NCBI GenBank assembly: GCA_964576655.1
Contig: CAZNVR010000001.1
Span: forward strand, 26,637 to 90,636
Direction: 5' to 3'
Length of the DNA stretch: 64,000 nucleotides
From: an uncultured Legionella sp.
GTDB lineage: Bacteria; Pseudomonadota; Gammaproteobacteria; Legionellales; Legionellaceae
The notes under the pieces are model-generated. The model had not been told where the DNA came from. It was given only the letters and a program-made list of their open reading frames with translations, and ran no database searches. Of this stretch, positions 48,274 to 59,320 are shown piece by piece (position 1 is the stretch's first letter; every line of letters begins with the position of its first letter). The translations under genes and the position numbers were made by a program.

Positions 48274-49161
48274 TTAACCTCCGGCTAAAATACGACGTGC
48301 TTCTTCAAGTGATGGTTTTCTATTGATTTGTATAGCTGATACATTAGGTGACGATACAGGAGATAAAGTAGCAGTTGGCTGCACTGTAACAGCAGTTACT
48401 TGATTTACAATATTTGTAGCTTGTGGTTCCACGATTGTTTGCGTGCTAACATTTTTTGATGTATCAGCTGACGTTTGATGTACTTTTTTTGTTTTAATAC
48501 CCTTAGGATCTAAATTTCCTGATAATACTTGTAGAAGCTCATCATTTGTATAAATTTCATAAATCTTATCAAGTTTAGGCAAATTAGAATGATTAGCAGC
48601 TACAACATCAGGTAAATCAATTCTCGAACGTTCAGCACGAGCTTTATAATCTGTTGTATTCCATGATCCTTGATCAGTACGTTCAATCTTAATCATAACA
48701 CCACCTTTGTATGCTGTAGGATCAAAACCAGCACTCATATCTTCTTTAAGTTCAAAAAGAATTTCTTTATGAGCTTTAGGACCAACGCCGAGAACTTGAA
48801 CTTCATTATCTATTCCACACACATTATAAAAATGACGATGAGATGCTTTAAGACGCTTACCTAACTTTTCCTCTTCTTCCTTATCAGAATGAAGTAATTG
48901 TGCTACGCGATCACATAAAACACATCGGCCATTTTCAAATCTTTTTGCACATTGGAATACATGAACATTGCTACTCTCATCATCTACAAAGTGAAGCCAA
49001 GCATCATGAAATGGTAAATCACCATCATTCCAAGGAGGCAAAATATGGGCATATGTTACGCCTTTTTTTAATTTCATCCATTTAATATTATTTGAGGAAG
49101 ATGAAGTGCTTCCGCTTGATTTGTCAAATGCATCTTGTAAAGCTTTAAGATTTAAAGCCAT
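48274..49161 (-). CDS. T4 gp32-like single-stranded DNA-binding protein
   Basis: 295 aa. ILPPWNDGDLPF..H..CAKRFENGRCVLC parallels the gp32 zinc-finger region (IRFLP..APF..H..C...CPVC). The C-terminal tail is low-complexity. Confidence 0.6.
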   Translation of the reverse strand: MALNLKALQDAFDKSSGSTSSSSNNIKWMKLKKGVTYAHILPPWNDGDLPFHDAWLHFVDDESSNVHVFQCAKRFENGRCVLCDRVAQLLHSDKEEEEKLGKRLKASHRHFYNVCGIDNEVQVLGVGPKAHKEILFELKEDMSAGFDPTAYKGGVMIKIERTDQGSWNTTDYKARAERSRIDLPDVVAANHSNLPKLDKIYEIYTNDELLQVLSGNLDPKGIKTKKVHQTSADTSKNVSTQTIVEPQATNIVNQVTAVTVQPTATLSPVSSPNVSAIQINRKPSLEEARRILAGG

Positions 49162-49197
49162 ATTGTTCTCCTTATGGTAGTTAGCCTTAATCGGCGT

Positions 49198-49203
49198 ATT
49201 ATA
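49198..49203 (-). promoter_or_regulatory. -10 TATAAT upstream of SSB gene
   Basis: Minus strand reads TTCACTATAATACGCC..ATAAGGAGAACAAT-ATG. Confidence 0.35.
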
Positions 49204-49218
49204 GTGAATAAAAGTATA

Positions 49219-50088
49219 TTATAAATCACGTGGTACTGGACCTATAATGTCGTTCTTATTTTGATAAATAAAACTAATATTTGGATTTTTTGAAGATCCA
49301 TTAATTTCGGCAGTATTTTGTAAATTGTCTTTTACAACAATAGACGGACATGTCATTTTTTTCCAATCATTCGCGGTCAATTGTGGTATTCTATGTTTAA
49401 CATCATCTTGTATTTGTTGAAAAACAATACTTGCATTCTTAATTAAATCATCAATTGAACTATTGTTTTGAATTGTTGCAAATGGTTTAATTTGTTTCCA
49501 TTCATTTTCGCTAATATGTTGACTATATGAATCATCTTCAATTGAGCGACCATTAATTAGAATAGGATAAAAAAGTGGGAATACTTCACGGGCATATTTT
49601 TCTTCATGGAGGAAACGAAGATCTGTGATAAACCATACCCCTGAATAACCGCGAATTTTATCATATGCAATATGGCAATGAAATGATTTAAAAATTGATT
49701 GAATCATATCTGTTCCAATAAACTGCAATATGGCACGTGGAGTCATAAATGAACGATCACAATATTTTTGAATTCCAACTTTATGTAATTTAAGATTATG
49801 CTGTTTTTTAATTTCATCAGACAGTGCGCGATCCATCATATCTAAAATTCCGCGTATATGATGGCCTTTTAAAACAAAAGGACGAGGTAAAACGTTATCT
49901 TTATAGGTATTAAATAAATCTAAAGGTAGTTTTAATATTTTACTACATATCTCTTTAAGAAAAGTGGCGCTGGCAACTTTTCCTACAGCATTCATTGTTT
50001 TAATGCTCAACTCTGCGAGCGTATCTTTACCAGCTCCTTTAGAACCCATTAGAGCAATAACAACTTGAGTTTGAACTTTATCAGACAT
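49219..50088 (-). CDS. dNMP kinase-like P-loop protein (T4 gp1-like N-terminus) with C-terminal extension
   Basis: The start is moved to ATG 50088 (SD AAGAGG). IALMGSKGAGKDTLAE parallels T4 gp1 LSGVKRSGKDT. Confidence 0.5.
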   Translation of the reverse strand: MSDKVQTQVVIALMGSKGAGKDTLAELSIKTMNAVGKVASATFLKEICSKILKLPLDLFNTYKDNVLPRPFVLKGHHIRGILDMMDRALSDEIKKQHNLKLHKVGIQKYCDRSFMTPRAILQFIGTDMIQSIFKSFHCHIAYDKIRGYSGVWFITDLRFLHEEKYAREVFPLFYPILINGRSIEDDSYSQHISENEWKQIKPFATIQNNSSIDDLIKNASIVFQQIQDDVKHRIPQLTANDWKKMTCPSIVVKDNLQNTAEINGSSKNPNISFIYQNKNDIIGPVPRDL

Positions 50089-50116
50089 AAAATACCTCTT
50101 ATAGAAAATCAATAGT

Positions 50117-50124
50117 ATTATACA
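50117..50124 (-). promoter_or_regulatory. extended -10 TGTATAAT upstream of ORF 49219-50088
   Basis: Minus strand reads TTTTTGTATAATACTATTG..AAGAGGTATTTT-ATG. Confidence 0.35.
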
Positions 50125-50173
50125 AAAACAAACTATTTATAGGGTGCAGAAAAAGATCTTTTTTTAGTGCACA

Positions 50174-53100
50174 TTATAGCGATACAATCTTGTCAACGAC
50201 GAGGCTTAATGAATTATTCCAAATATTAATCGTACCCCAAACCTGTACAATAGACGACGAACTGATGAGCGACTGATGTTGTTGCAACTTTTCAGGCCAT
50301 ACGACAAGCCTAACTTTTTGACCGCCATTGTTGAGGTTTACAAAAGCCATCTTATCGCCTTTTTTCGTTGTAACACTGTGAAAGTCAGTAAGTTTTCCAA
50401 CTGATGATAATTTACATCCTGATCCATACTTAGGGAGTTCTGCAACTTTTATTGGTGATCCAACGATGGTTTTTTGAAAAATGTCGATATAATTCATGTC
50501 CTGAACAGGTAGTGCAGCGCAGCGAAATTCTATTAATTCTGGAAGTGAGAGGTTCTTATACTTATCTGGTAATGTCTTAGCTTTTGCTAAAGTATAGAGT
50601 TTATTGATTAATTGCATTGGATCATCTAATTCTACTTCTTTAAAGCAATCGGCAAAAATAAGAGCTTCAATAACGTCTTTACGCACAATTCGTTTATTAA
50701 TTCGATCATAAAAATCCTTAAATGATGCAAAAGGCTGTTTACTAGCTACCTCAGACACGGAGCGCTCTCCCATGCCATTAATAAAACTTAATGACATAAT
50801 GATTTTTTTATCTTGAATATAAAAATCTTCTTTACTGCTATTAATGCCTGGTAACTGTAAAATATCTTTAATTAATGGATATAGTTCTTTACGATCATCT
50901 TTTGATCCATTAGAAAATACTGCACAATACCATTCCAAGGTGTAATGCTGTCGCAAGTATTGACAAATGTATCCCAACATAGCATACGCTAATGCATGTG
51001 ACTTATTGAATCCATATCCTGCAAAAGACTCAATCAACGACCATAGTTCATTTGCTTTTTCGATACTAATATCGTCATAATGAGACGATGCATGGGCTGT
51101 GAACCTATCTTTAAAAGATGACAATAACACTTTGTCCTTATCGCCCATGGATCGTCGGACCTCATCTGCTTCCGCAGGAGAAAATCCACCTAAAATTTGT
51201 ACGGCTGCCATAACCTGCTCTTGATAAACAATGATTCCATACGTATCGCGTAAAATATCTTTTAGCGAAGGATGTGGATAAGATATTAATTCTTCAGAAT
51301 TTTTTCTCTTCACAAAATGCCGATCCATTCCAACATTCATAGGTCCTGGTCGCCCTAAGGAAGTGATCGCTGCTAAATCATCAAGCCCTGTTATATTATT
51401 TAAATCGGTTAAAATTTTTCGTGCAACAGTTGTATGATATTGAAATATCGTATCTGTATCAGCTTTAGAAAAGGCATCAAGTGTTTTTTTATCATCTAAT
51501 GGTATTGTATATGGATCTATTTCAATATTATGAAGCGTTTTAATAATTTGAATGCACTTTGCAATATCGCCTAATGTATTTAAGCCTAAAAAATCATATT
51601 TAATAGCTCCTACTTTTTTCACCCAATCTGCACTATATTGCGTCGCCCATTCATCATTATCGCTAAAAAGTGGCATTACATCAGAAAGTGGCTTAGATGA
51701 AACAACTACGCCACATGGATGTCGACCACGTTGACGAGATTGACCTAAAAGAAGTATTGTCGATTCATATACGTCGCGATTTTTTACCATAAAATCATAT
51801 AGAACCGCACTCTTATCATCAGCCAAAACCTCGGAAAAAAATTCTAATTCATTCGATCCTTGTGGACTTCCAGGAATTAAACTTGTCAATGCATTTTTTT
51901 CTGGAAATGACATATCAGGTCGAAGTGCACCTAAAACATCTTTGAGAGCTTGTTTAGTTTTTAGTGTTTGAAATGTACCTAAAATAGCAACTTTATCCTT
52001 ACCATATTTTTCCATAACATACTTCTTAACGGGATCTGAATTACTAAAATCTAGATCAACATCTGGAAACGTGCCATTGATAATACGCGCTTTATTAATA
52101 AAGCGGTCAAATGAAAGGCTATAAGTGATGGGATTTAAATGAGTTATCTTAAGTCCATAACTTAATAATGATCCTGATGCTGAACCACGACCAGGACCGA
52201 CAGAGATGTTATTCGTTCCACACCAGCGAATCACATCTTCAAGTAATAAAAAATATGATATAAAATTAACTTTGCCATTATGAAATAGCGTGTCCATTTC
52301 ATATTTTAATCTTTCAACATGAGCATGGTTTTGAAAATCAATACGTCCATTGTCAATTAAAATTTTTAATAGAAGACCCTGATCATCGTCGCCTTCTTGA
52401 TACAGTGGATGCTGACTAAGATCGATCGCAGGTAGTAGCGGTTCAAATTTAGGCATATCGAATTGTGATTTTTGCATAATCTCAATAGTGTTTGCCATCA
52501 TATCAGGTAAATCGTCTAATAAATATGCATGATGAGCCTCAATTTTATCATGTAATTGTGTAGGGGTAAAAAGATGATGGCTTTGATCAAAATCCCAACC
52601 TTTGCCGCTTCTTGAATGCAATTTAATATCCTGTAACACTTTCATGCTCTCATCAATAATATGCGCATCGGGTGTAATGATTTTCTTAATATTATATCGT
52701 TGCGAATAATCAAGCAAAAACATATTAACTAATTGTTGCTTATTAACTTTTGTTGGATCATCCTTATCTATAACAATAGATGGCTGAAGCTCAAGATAAT
52801 AGTCGTCCTTAAATTGCTTAAGAAATTCTTTGACATACTCTTCAGCGAGAGGTTCATTGCCTTTAAGCAGCTCATCGCAAATTGGACCCGCTAAGCATCC
52901 AGAACCAATAATTAACCCCTCTTTATGGGCAAATAATTCATCGATAGTTACACGAGGTTTATAATAAAAATGATCTGGCTTAAATGAAAGCGTTGATAAA
53001 CGACATAAATTCTTATATCCTTCAAAATTCTTAACCAATACCGTCAAATGATAGTATCCTTTTTTAGGTTTTAATCCATCATATAATTGATCCGTAAGAT

Positions 53101-53299
53101 AAATCTCACATCCCATTGTGATGGGAAATTGATGTTTTTTGCCTAATGTATATAATTCAAGCAATGAACTTGAATCGCCGTGATCTGTTAATGCTAATCC
53201 AGCAAGACCTTTACGTTTTGCAGCTAAAACCCATTGTTCAACGGTTCCTACACCATCTAAAGAAAAATGCGAATGCGAATGTAAGCTAGCATAGGTCAT
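50174..53299 (-). CDS. dnaE: DNA polymerase III alpha subunit (DnaE-type, PHP domain)
   Basis: About 1040 aa. The PHP start is MTYASLHSHSHFSLDG, with GRHPCGVVVS and a fingers/OB-like C-terminus. ATG 53299 forms an ATGA overlap with the primase stop. Confidence 0.9.
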   Translation of the reverse strand: MTYASLHSHSHFSLDGVGTVEQWVLAAKRKGLAGLALTDHGDSSSLLELYTLGKKHQFPITMGCEIYLTDQLYDGLKPKKGYYHLTVLVKNFEGYKNLCRLSTLSFKPDHFYYKPRVTIDELFAHKEGLIIGSGCLAGPICDELLKGNEPLAEEYVKEFLKQFKDDYYLELQPSIVIDKDDPTKVNKQQLVNMFLLDYSQRYNIKKIITPDAHIIDESMKVLQDIKLHSRSGKGWDFDQSHHLFTPTQLHDKIEAHHAYLLDDLPDMMANTIEIMQKSQFDMPKFEPLLPAIDLSQHPLYQEGDDDQGLLLKILIDNGRIDFQNHAHVERLKYEMDTLFHNGKVNFISYFLLLEDVIRWCGTNNISVGPGRGSASGSLLSYGLKITHLNPITYSLSFDRFINKARIINGTFPDVDLDFSNSDPVKKYVMEKYGKDKVAILGTFQTLKTKQALKDVLGALRPDMSFPEKNALTSLIPGSPQGSNELEFFSEVLADDKSAVLYDFMVKNRDVYESTILLLGQSRQRGRHPCGVVVSSKPLSDVMPLFSDNDEWATQYSADWVKKVGAIKYDFLGLNTLGDIAKCIQIIKTLHNIEIDPYTIPLDDKKTLDAFSKADTDTIFQYHTTVARKILTDLNNITGLDDLAAITSLGRPGPMNVGMDRHFVKRKNSEELISYPHPSLKDILRDTYGIIVYQEQVMAAVQILGGFSPAEADEVRRSMGDKDKVLLSSFKDRFTAHASSHYDDISIEKANELWSLIESFAGYGFNKSHALAYAMLGYICQYLRQHYTLEWYCAVFSNGSKDDRKELYPLIKDILQLPGINSSKEDFYIQDKKIIMSLSFINGMGERSVSEVASKQPFASFKDFYDRINKRIVRKDVIEALIFADCFKEVELDDPMQLINKLYTLAKAKTLPDKYKNLSLPELIEFRCAALPVQDMNYIDIFQKTIVGSPIKVAELPKYGSGCKLSSVGKLTDFHSVTTKKGDKMAFVNLNNGGQKVRLVVWPEKLQQHQSLISSSSIVQVWGTINIWNNSLSLVVDKIVSL

Positions 53300-54327
53300 A
53301 AATAAGAACATGATAATGAGCTAGTAAGTGCTCGATGGGTGACATTGTATTGAATAGATGATGTAATATAATTATTAGCTTCATCTATAGAACAGTCGCC
53401 TAAGTCTTTATCTAGCGGCAAGTCGACAATCTTTACGTCGTATAAAAGAGATAATTGTGCAGCTAATGCTAAGCATTCTTTGCGTGCATCAGGATCAAGA
53501 CCTAAGATAACAGTTTGTAAATTTTCATTTGACATTAATAATGATAATTGAATATCGCTTATTTGTTTTCCAAATAATGCTACAGCATTGTGTTGATAAG
53601 CTTTATGACAATCAATCGGTCCTTCCACAAGAGTTATAGTCGACTCATCTTTAACTGTACAAAAATTATACAGAAATAATGATTTTTTAAGACCATCAGG
53701 TTTTGTTAATATTTTTATTTGAGATTCACCTGTTATATCACGACCTTGCCATCCAATAAAACGACCTAAATGATCTTTGATTGGAAATATCACTCGTTTC
53801 GCATAATCGTGATAATAAAGATCAAATAAATCTACAAGCTCTTGGGTGTATCCACGAACATTCTTAAGATAATTTGAAACATCTGATCCATCTTTAAGAT
53901 CAATTCTTGTAAAATAAAAAGGTATAGAAATAGTATCGTTTTGAAATGCTAATTCATCTAATGTAGATATTTTGTTGCTTAAAGCTAAGGGTGCTAAGGT
54001 AGTATTTTGAGTAAAGATAGTTTGATTTTTGATTATTTCGAATGCTTGATATTTTGAGATATTATCTAATAAGCTAATAAAATGTGCTAAGTTACCATGA
54101 TAATCACATACAAAACAGCGGAAATATTTATCTTGTCTATTAATAATAAATTTTCTCGAACGTCTACAATCAGGGTTAATGCAATACTCAAGCATTAAAT
54201 AACGTGATTTATCAATAAAGTTAATATTATGTGATGTTAAATATTCATCAATGGGAAACAGATGAATTAAGTTGGTTAGATCCTGTATAGTCATTTTCGT
54301 CGTTGCTTGTAATCTCTTGATTTTCAC
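53296..54327 (-). CDS. dnaG: DnaG-like DNA primase (zinc finger + TOPRIM); start uncertain
   Basis: 343 aa. The zinc finger is CINPDCRR..FRCFVCDYHGN, and the TOPRIM region has LVEGPIDC and GLDPD. Confidence 0.75.
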   Translation of the reverse strand: MKIKRLQATTKMTIQDLTNLIHLFPIDEYLTSHNINFIDKSRYLMLEYCINPDCRRSRKFIINRQDKYFRCFVCDYHGNLAHFISLLDNISKYQAFEIIKNQTIFTQNTTLAPLALSNKISTLDELAFQNDTISIPFYFTRIDLKDGSDVSNYLKNVRGYTQELVDLFDLYYHDYAKRVIFPIKDHLGRFIGWQGRDITGESQIKILTKPDGLKKSLFLYNFCTVKDESTITLVEGPIDCHKAYQHNAVALFGKQISDIQLSLLMSNENLQTVILGLDPDARKECLALAAQLSLLYDVKIVDLPLDKDLGDCSIDEANNYITSSIQYNVTHRALTSSLSCSYL

Positions 54328-55660
54328 CTACTGTCAAAGGATATATACCGATTCTTCGATCGTATAAAACAATACGTTTTAAATCTGTAACACAATCTAC
54401 AGCAACATTCGTAGCACCATCTCGTTGTTTCGCCAATAGAATTTTCATTCTATTATTTTGTTCATCTTCTTTTGATTTTGTTAAGGTAATGACGCATTCA
54501 GAACATCGAATAATATCAAAACATTCTGATACATCAGTAATGCTAAATAGTTTACGCCCCTTAGCAGTATCAATTTGGGCAGCTCTATTTCCTTGCGCTG
54601 CAGATACAACGGCAACTTCCAACTCTTCTGCTAACGCAACAAGACCACGATAGATTAAAGCTTGATTATGACGTAATTCTTTTGCAGCATTTTTGGTACA
54701 CAATAATTGTCCATAATCACATACAATCATATCAAAATCAAAGTCAGCTTTCTTCTGTTTACAATATGCTATAAAATCTTCAATTGTCACATCAAATCCA
54801 TGCCAAGGTTTTAAAACTAAGTTTTTACCAAACAATGCTTTAGCAGCAATTAAGCGTTGTTGTTCAGTAGAATCTAGAGCACTTTGTCCATTATAAAACT
54901 TCATATATGGAATACCAGTAAAACGACTTAAAAAACGTAAACTTGTTTGTTCATCTTGACCTTCATGATATATGTATAGCACTTTCTTATCATTGATCAT
55001 CGCATTATATGTCAAATTAATTAACATTAATGATTTTCCAACATTAGTTCCACCTAAGATCGTTGTAAGAGTTTGACGTGGCAATCCACCGAGCATAGCA
55101 GAATCAAATTCTGGAATTCCTATTGGTATACGTCGATCTTGACTATTTGATACTGCATCAATAAGCGTCTCAATTGAACTAAAATCGATAACTTTATCTG
55201 CTATAAAATCTATTTGTTTAATCTCATTAATTGCATTAAGTGTTATATCATAAGCATTTTCTCTTTGATTTTCATTAAATAAAGATGCAACTTTTGTATG
55301 AAGTTTAATAAACATCCGACTTCTTAACCATCCTGTCAATTCTTTACGTAAATATTCTTCATCACGATAATGACTTGCTTCAATTTTTTCTAATACTCGT
55401 TCATATACAAATCGCTTATCTTGAGAAAATTTTAAAAGCTCATTCTTAAGAGTTATTATTTCAATGGGGCGACCAAATTGTTCATAATGCTGCAATATCG
55501 TATCGAAAAACCAACCTAAAATAGAATCTTCGAAATAATCTTTTTTTAAATATAATGAACATTTAGCAAGAAGATGTTCGCTTATAGTCATCATTTTAAG
55601 TATATGATACTGTATTTCTTGATCAAATGGAAGATATTTTTGCTTTTCTTCTGGCGTCAT
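54248..55660 (-). CDS. dnaB: DnaB-family replicative helicase
   Basis: 470 aa. Walker A is GGTNVGKSLMLIN, Walker B is MIVCDYGQLL, and the arginine-finger region is AAQGNR. Confidence 0.85.
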   Translation of the reverse strand: MTPEEKQKYLPFDQEIQYHILKMMTISEHLLAKCSLYLKKDYFEDSILGWFFDTILQHYEQFGRPIEIITLKNELLKFSQDKRFVYERVLEKIEASHYRDEEYLRKELTGWLRSRMFIKLHTKVASLFNENQRENAYDITLNAINEIKQIDFIADKVIDFSSIETLIDAVSNSQDRRIPIGIPEFDSAMLGGLPRQTLTTILGGTNVGKSLMLINLTYNAMINDKKVLYIYHEGQDEQTSLRFLSRFTGIPYMKFYNGQSALDSTEQQRLIAAKALFGKNLVLKPWHGFDVTIEDFIAYCKQKKADFDFDMIVCDYGQLLCTKNAAKELRHNQALIYRGLVALAEELEVAVVSAAQGNRAAQIDTAKGRKLFSITDVSECFDIIRCSECVITLTKSKEDEQNNRMKILLAKQRDGATNVAVDCVTDLKRIVLYDRRIGIYPLTVGENQEITSNDENDYTGSNQLNSSVSH

Positions 55661-55681
55661 AAATGTCCTCTATGTTTTTTT

Positions 55682-57541
55682 CTACAGCTCACATACACCG
55701 TTGGGGCACGCAATTTTCTTACTAGCATCTTCTAAAGAGAGAGATTTTAATGGAGCAGCTCCACGTGATCCATCAACATATATTGTTATACCTTTTAAAA
55801 AAGGCAAGTAATCAAGTAATAAATCATAAAGTTCAGTTTTATCATATCCAACAGGGATATTAATAGTTTTTGAAATTGATTGATCAACATGTTTTTGACA
55901 TCGTTTTTGAATTTCAAGATGATCCTTAACTGATAAATCATAAGTACTCTCAAAATGAGATGTATCTCGTTTAGAATCAACAAATTTTTTAAAAAGATCA
56001 TGATGCACAATAGTTGTTTTTATTTCATCACCATCATAATAACGACGTTCATAAGCATAAGCAAAAATAGGTTCAATTCCACTCGTTACATTACAAACAA
56101 TTGACGTAGTTCCTGTAGGTGCTATAGTTAATAAAGCACAGTTGCGAATTCCATTATGTTTAATTCTTGATTTAGCTATTTTTGATAACGATTGATAAAA
56201 TCCACTTTTACAATATCCATCGTATTCATAAGCTGGAAATGAACCTTTTTCAGCAGCTAAAAAACAACTTGCTTCGTAAGCACTAAATTTAATAAACGCG
56301 CATAACTTGTCGACAAAATCTAAGCCTTCTTTAGAAGAATATTTTAATCCCATTAACAATAACGTATCATGAAGACCCATAATACCTAAACCAATACGGC
56401 GAAATTTTTGAGCTGCAGCTTTCGCTTCGGGAATAGGATAAACATTAGCATCAAGAACATTATCTAAAAATCGAACTGCAACAGTAACAGTCTCTGCTAA
56501 TTGATCCCAATTAAACTTATCATTTTCAATAAAACGTGGTAAGACAATAGATCCTAAACAACAACTTTCAGATGCAGACATAATTATTTCACCGCATGGA
56601 TTGCTAGAAGACAACGGTGCGATATATCCAATATTGCTCATTTTTTCAGCTAAATCAAGATTTAAAATACCGGGTTCAGCTGAAGAGTAAGCATTATCAA
56701 CAATCGTATGCCAAATATCAGATGCTTTGACATTCGCTAAAACTTCTCGTCTCCATATTAACGGCCAATCTTTATCATTCTTCACAGCATCAATAAAATC
56801 GTCTTGTTTTCCTTTTGGTATTACAACGCTAACATTAGCATTTTGTAATACTTTATCGCTCGATGCTTTGACAACATTATAAAACAGATCTAAATTTTTT
56901 TGATTTGATAATGATTTGTTTAATGTCTTACAGAATTGAACATCAGACTTTAGATTAGGGAAAAATTTAAAAAAGGCTGTGTATAGATCTTCTTTAGTTT
57001 TTTTAATCTTAAAACATTTTTTATCTAAAAATTCTAATAAATCTGGATGATCAATATTAAGACACTCCATAAGTGCAACTCTACGACCTCCACCACTTTT
57101 AATAACATCACCAGCAGAATTAATAATTTCCATTAAACTAATTGCACCTGTTGCAAATCCACCTGTACCAGAAATTTTAGATCCACGAGGTCGTATTTTT
57201 GAAAAATTTATACCTACTCCTCCACCAAGACCAGATATAATAATCATGTCATTGGTTAATTTTGCCCAACCTTCACGTGAGTCTTCTGGCTCAATTACAA
57301 AACAATTCAATAAGCCACCTTTAGATCGTCCAGATCCATACCAAATACGTCCACCAGGCATAAAACGATTGGTGATTAATTCTTCATAAAATAATGCTTC
57401 ATTTTTCGTTATTTTTTCGGATGATTCAACAGAGCTAATATGTTTTGCTAAACGACTACACGCTTCAGCCCATGTTTCATTTTCATGCAATGCGTAACGT
57501 TTTTGAAATATCTCTAAACTATATCCAGTAGGTTCAAACAT
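55682..57541 (-). CDS. nrdJ: ribonucleotide reductase, class II (adenosylcobalamin-dependent, NrdJ-like)
   Basis: 619 aa with SSNPCGEI, TIAPTGTTS, SKTIN and the C-terminal CPNGVCEL pair. No NrdB-like partner is visible. Confidence 0.7.
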   Translation of the reverse strand: MFEPTGYSLEIFQKRYALHENETWAEACSRLAKHISSVESSEKITKNEALFYEELITNRFMPGGRIWYGSGRSKGGLLNCFVIEPEDSREGWAKLTNDMIIISGLGGGVGINFSKIRPRGSKISGTGGFATGAISLMEIINSAGDVIKSGGGRRVALMECLNIDHPDLLEFLDKKCFKIKKTKEDLYTAFFKFFPNLKSDVQFCKTLNKSLSNQKNLDLFYNVVKASSDKVLQNANVSVVIPKGKQDDFIDAVKNDKDWPLIWRREVLANVKASDIWHTIVDNAYSSAEPGILNLDLAEKMSNIGYIAPLSSSNPCGEIIMSASESCCLGSIVLPRFIENDKFNWDQLAETVTVAVRFLDNVLDANVYPIPEAKAAAQKFRRIGLGIMGLHDTLLLMGLKYSSKEGLDFVDKLCAFIKFSAYEASCFLAAEKGSFPAYEYDGYCKSGFYQSLSKIAKSRIKHNGIRNCALLTIAPTGTTSIVCNVTSGIEPIFAYAYERRYYDGDEIKTTIVHHDLFKKFVDSKRDTSHFESTYDLSVKDHLEIQKRCQKHVDQSISKTINIPVGYDKTELYDLLLDYLPFLKGITIYVDGSRGAAPLKSLSLEDASKKIACPNGVCEL

Positions 57542-57616
57542 GGATTAATGCCTCATATGTTTTTTAAAAAATATAAAATGATAATGTTCTACTATAGGCT
57601 AAAAAAAGGATTTTTT

Positions 57617-59320
57617 TTATGATTCGTTTTGACCTTCTTCATTAACATAAAAATTATCCTTAATTTTCATATTGGAGGGTTTAATAATAATGGATCCACC
57701 ACTTCGTAATAACATAGTGGCAATTGAAACAGCATTCGATAATGCCGTTTTAACAACTTTAAAAGGATCAATTACGCCAGCTTGTATCATATCTTCTTCA
57801 ATTCTATTAGCTCTTGCATTATAGCCTACATTTGGATATTCCATAAATTTATTTAATAATTCCAAAACAACAATATCTGCGCTACGTTTCCCAGAATTAT
57901 AAATAATTTGACGTATTGATGCTTCACAAATCTTGCCAAAAATTTGCATTGCAATTTGTTCTTCTCGCGATACACCATCAACTAATGCATTCTGTTGATC
58001 GCATAACATCTGAAAAGCAAAGAGTAAAGCAGAACCACCTCCTGCTACAACACCTTCCTCTAAAGCAGCACGAGTTGCATTTAAGGCATCTTCAATTCGA
58101 TCCTTCTTTTCTTTCATTTCAAGTTCAGTAACAGCACCAACTTCAATAATAGCAATGCCACCAATTAAACGTCCTAAGCGTTCTTTTAATATATCTCTAT
58201 CAAATTCTGAAGGAGCATCTTTCATCTGAACACGCAAAGCGTCAGCGCGTGACTGAATTTCAGCATCAGAACCACTACCATTATAAATAATGGTTTCACG
58301 TCGTGATCCAATAATACGTTCAGCACCACCTAAATATTCGCTATCATGATTAGTAATATCAGATAATTTACTCAATCCCGGCCTTACAACTTTAGCACCG
58401 CTTAAGATTGCAATATCGTCAATAACATTGCTTTGACTATACATTGATCCAAGTTTAGGAACTTTAATTGGCAAAAGTTTTAGACCCATCTGTTGGGCAT
58501 TAATCATAACAATATTTATGATTTGAGGAGAAAAATCATGAGCAAAAATCACTAATGGAATAGCATCTTGACCACCACAATTGATTGAATTTAAACAACG
58601 ACCAAAATCGACAACATCATCGATAACTCCATCATAAGCAATAATGGCTGGCGTTTCATAACGGACTTGCTGTGCAACTGGTGCATTAATTAAGCAGACT
58701 CCATGGGGTCCTAAGCTACCAAAACCACGCTGAATTGAGAAGCCTTCTTCTAATCTCAGCGCTGTTCGAATTCCACCTTCTTCTAAAGACACAACGCCAT
58801 CAACTCCGACAGCATCAATAGCTTTTGTTACAATTTCAGCTATTTCATCATCGCCATTACAAGATATATAAGCAACATTATGAACTTTATCTGTTGTGTT
58901 GATTTCCACTGCTAATTTTGATAGTTGTTCAATAAGCATTGTAGAAACTTTAATTAGATGATCTCCTAAACTTTGCGGATTAATTGTATTAGTTTGAAGA
59001 TAGGCTTGTGATTCCTTAATAAGTGATTCAGTAAGCAAAATCGCTGTAGTTGTTCCATCACCAGCAATAGAATTTGTTTTCATTGCTGCTTCTTTAATAG
59101 ATTGAATAATAGCATTAATAGCGGGATCTTCGACAAATACATGATTAGCAACAGTTACGCCATCTTTTGTAATTAGTGGAACTTGACCAGGTCTATCTAA
59201 TACAATTGGAAGACCATCTGGACCTAAGGTAGCTTTAACAGGTTCAGCAAGAAGCTGAATAGCTTGTAAAACTTGTTTTTGAAAATCTACCTTACTATAA
59301 ATGAGTTTTGCATCAGACAT
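57617..59320 (-). CDS. groEL: GroEL-family chaperonin
   Basis: 567 aa with LGPDGLPIVLD, AGDGTTTAILL, VVAGGG and an overall collinear Cpn60 layout. Confidence 0.9.
   Translation of the reverse strand: MSDAKLIYSKVDFQKQVLQAIQLLAEPVKATLGPDGLPIVLDRPGQVPLITKDGVTVANHVFVEDPAINAIIQSIKEAAMKTNSIAGDGTTTAILLTESLIKESQAYLQTNTINPQSLGDHLIKVSTMLIEQLSKLAVEINTTDKVHNVAYISCNGDDEIAEIVTKAIDAVGVDGVVSLEEGGIRTALRLEEGFSIQRGFGSLGPHGVCLINAPVAQQVRYETPAIIAYDGVIDDVVDFGRCLNSINCGGQDAIPLVIFAHDFSPQIINIVMINAQQMGLKLLPIKVPKLGSMYSQSNVIDDIAILSGAKVVRPGLSKLSDITNHDSEYLGGAERIIGSRRETIIYNGSGSDAEIQSRADALRVQMKDAPSEFDRDILKERLGRLIGGIAIIEVGAVTELEMKEKKDRIEDALNATRAALEEGVVAGGGSALLFAFQMLCDQQNALVDGVSREEQIAMQIFGKICEASIRQIIYNSGKRSADIVVLELLNKFMEYPNVGYNARANRIEEDMIQAGVIDPFKVVKTALSNAVSIATMLLRSGGSIIIKPSNMKIKDNFYVNEEGQNES

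Noticed and set aside
50140-50153. A 14-nt perfect palindrome, AAAAAGATCTTTTT, downstream of dnaE.
   Set aside because: It is a pure A/T-run palindrome with no loop and low stability. It is plausibly just a weak terminator or chance, and no other copies were seen.
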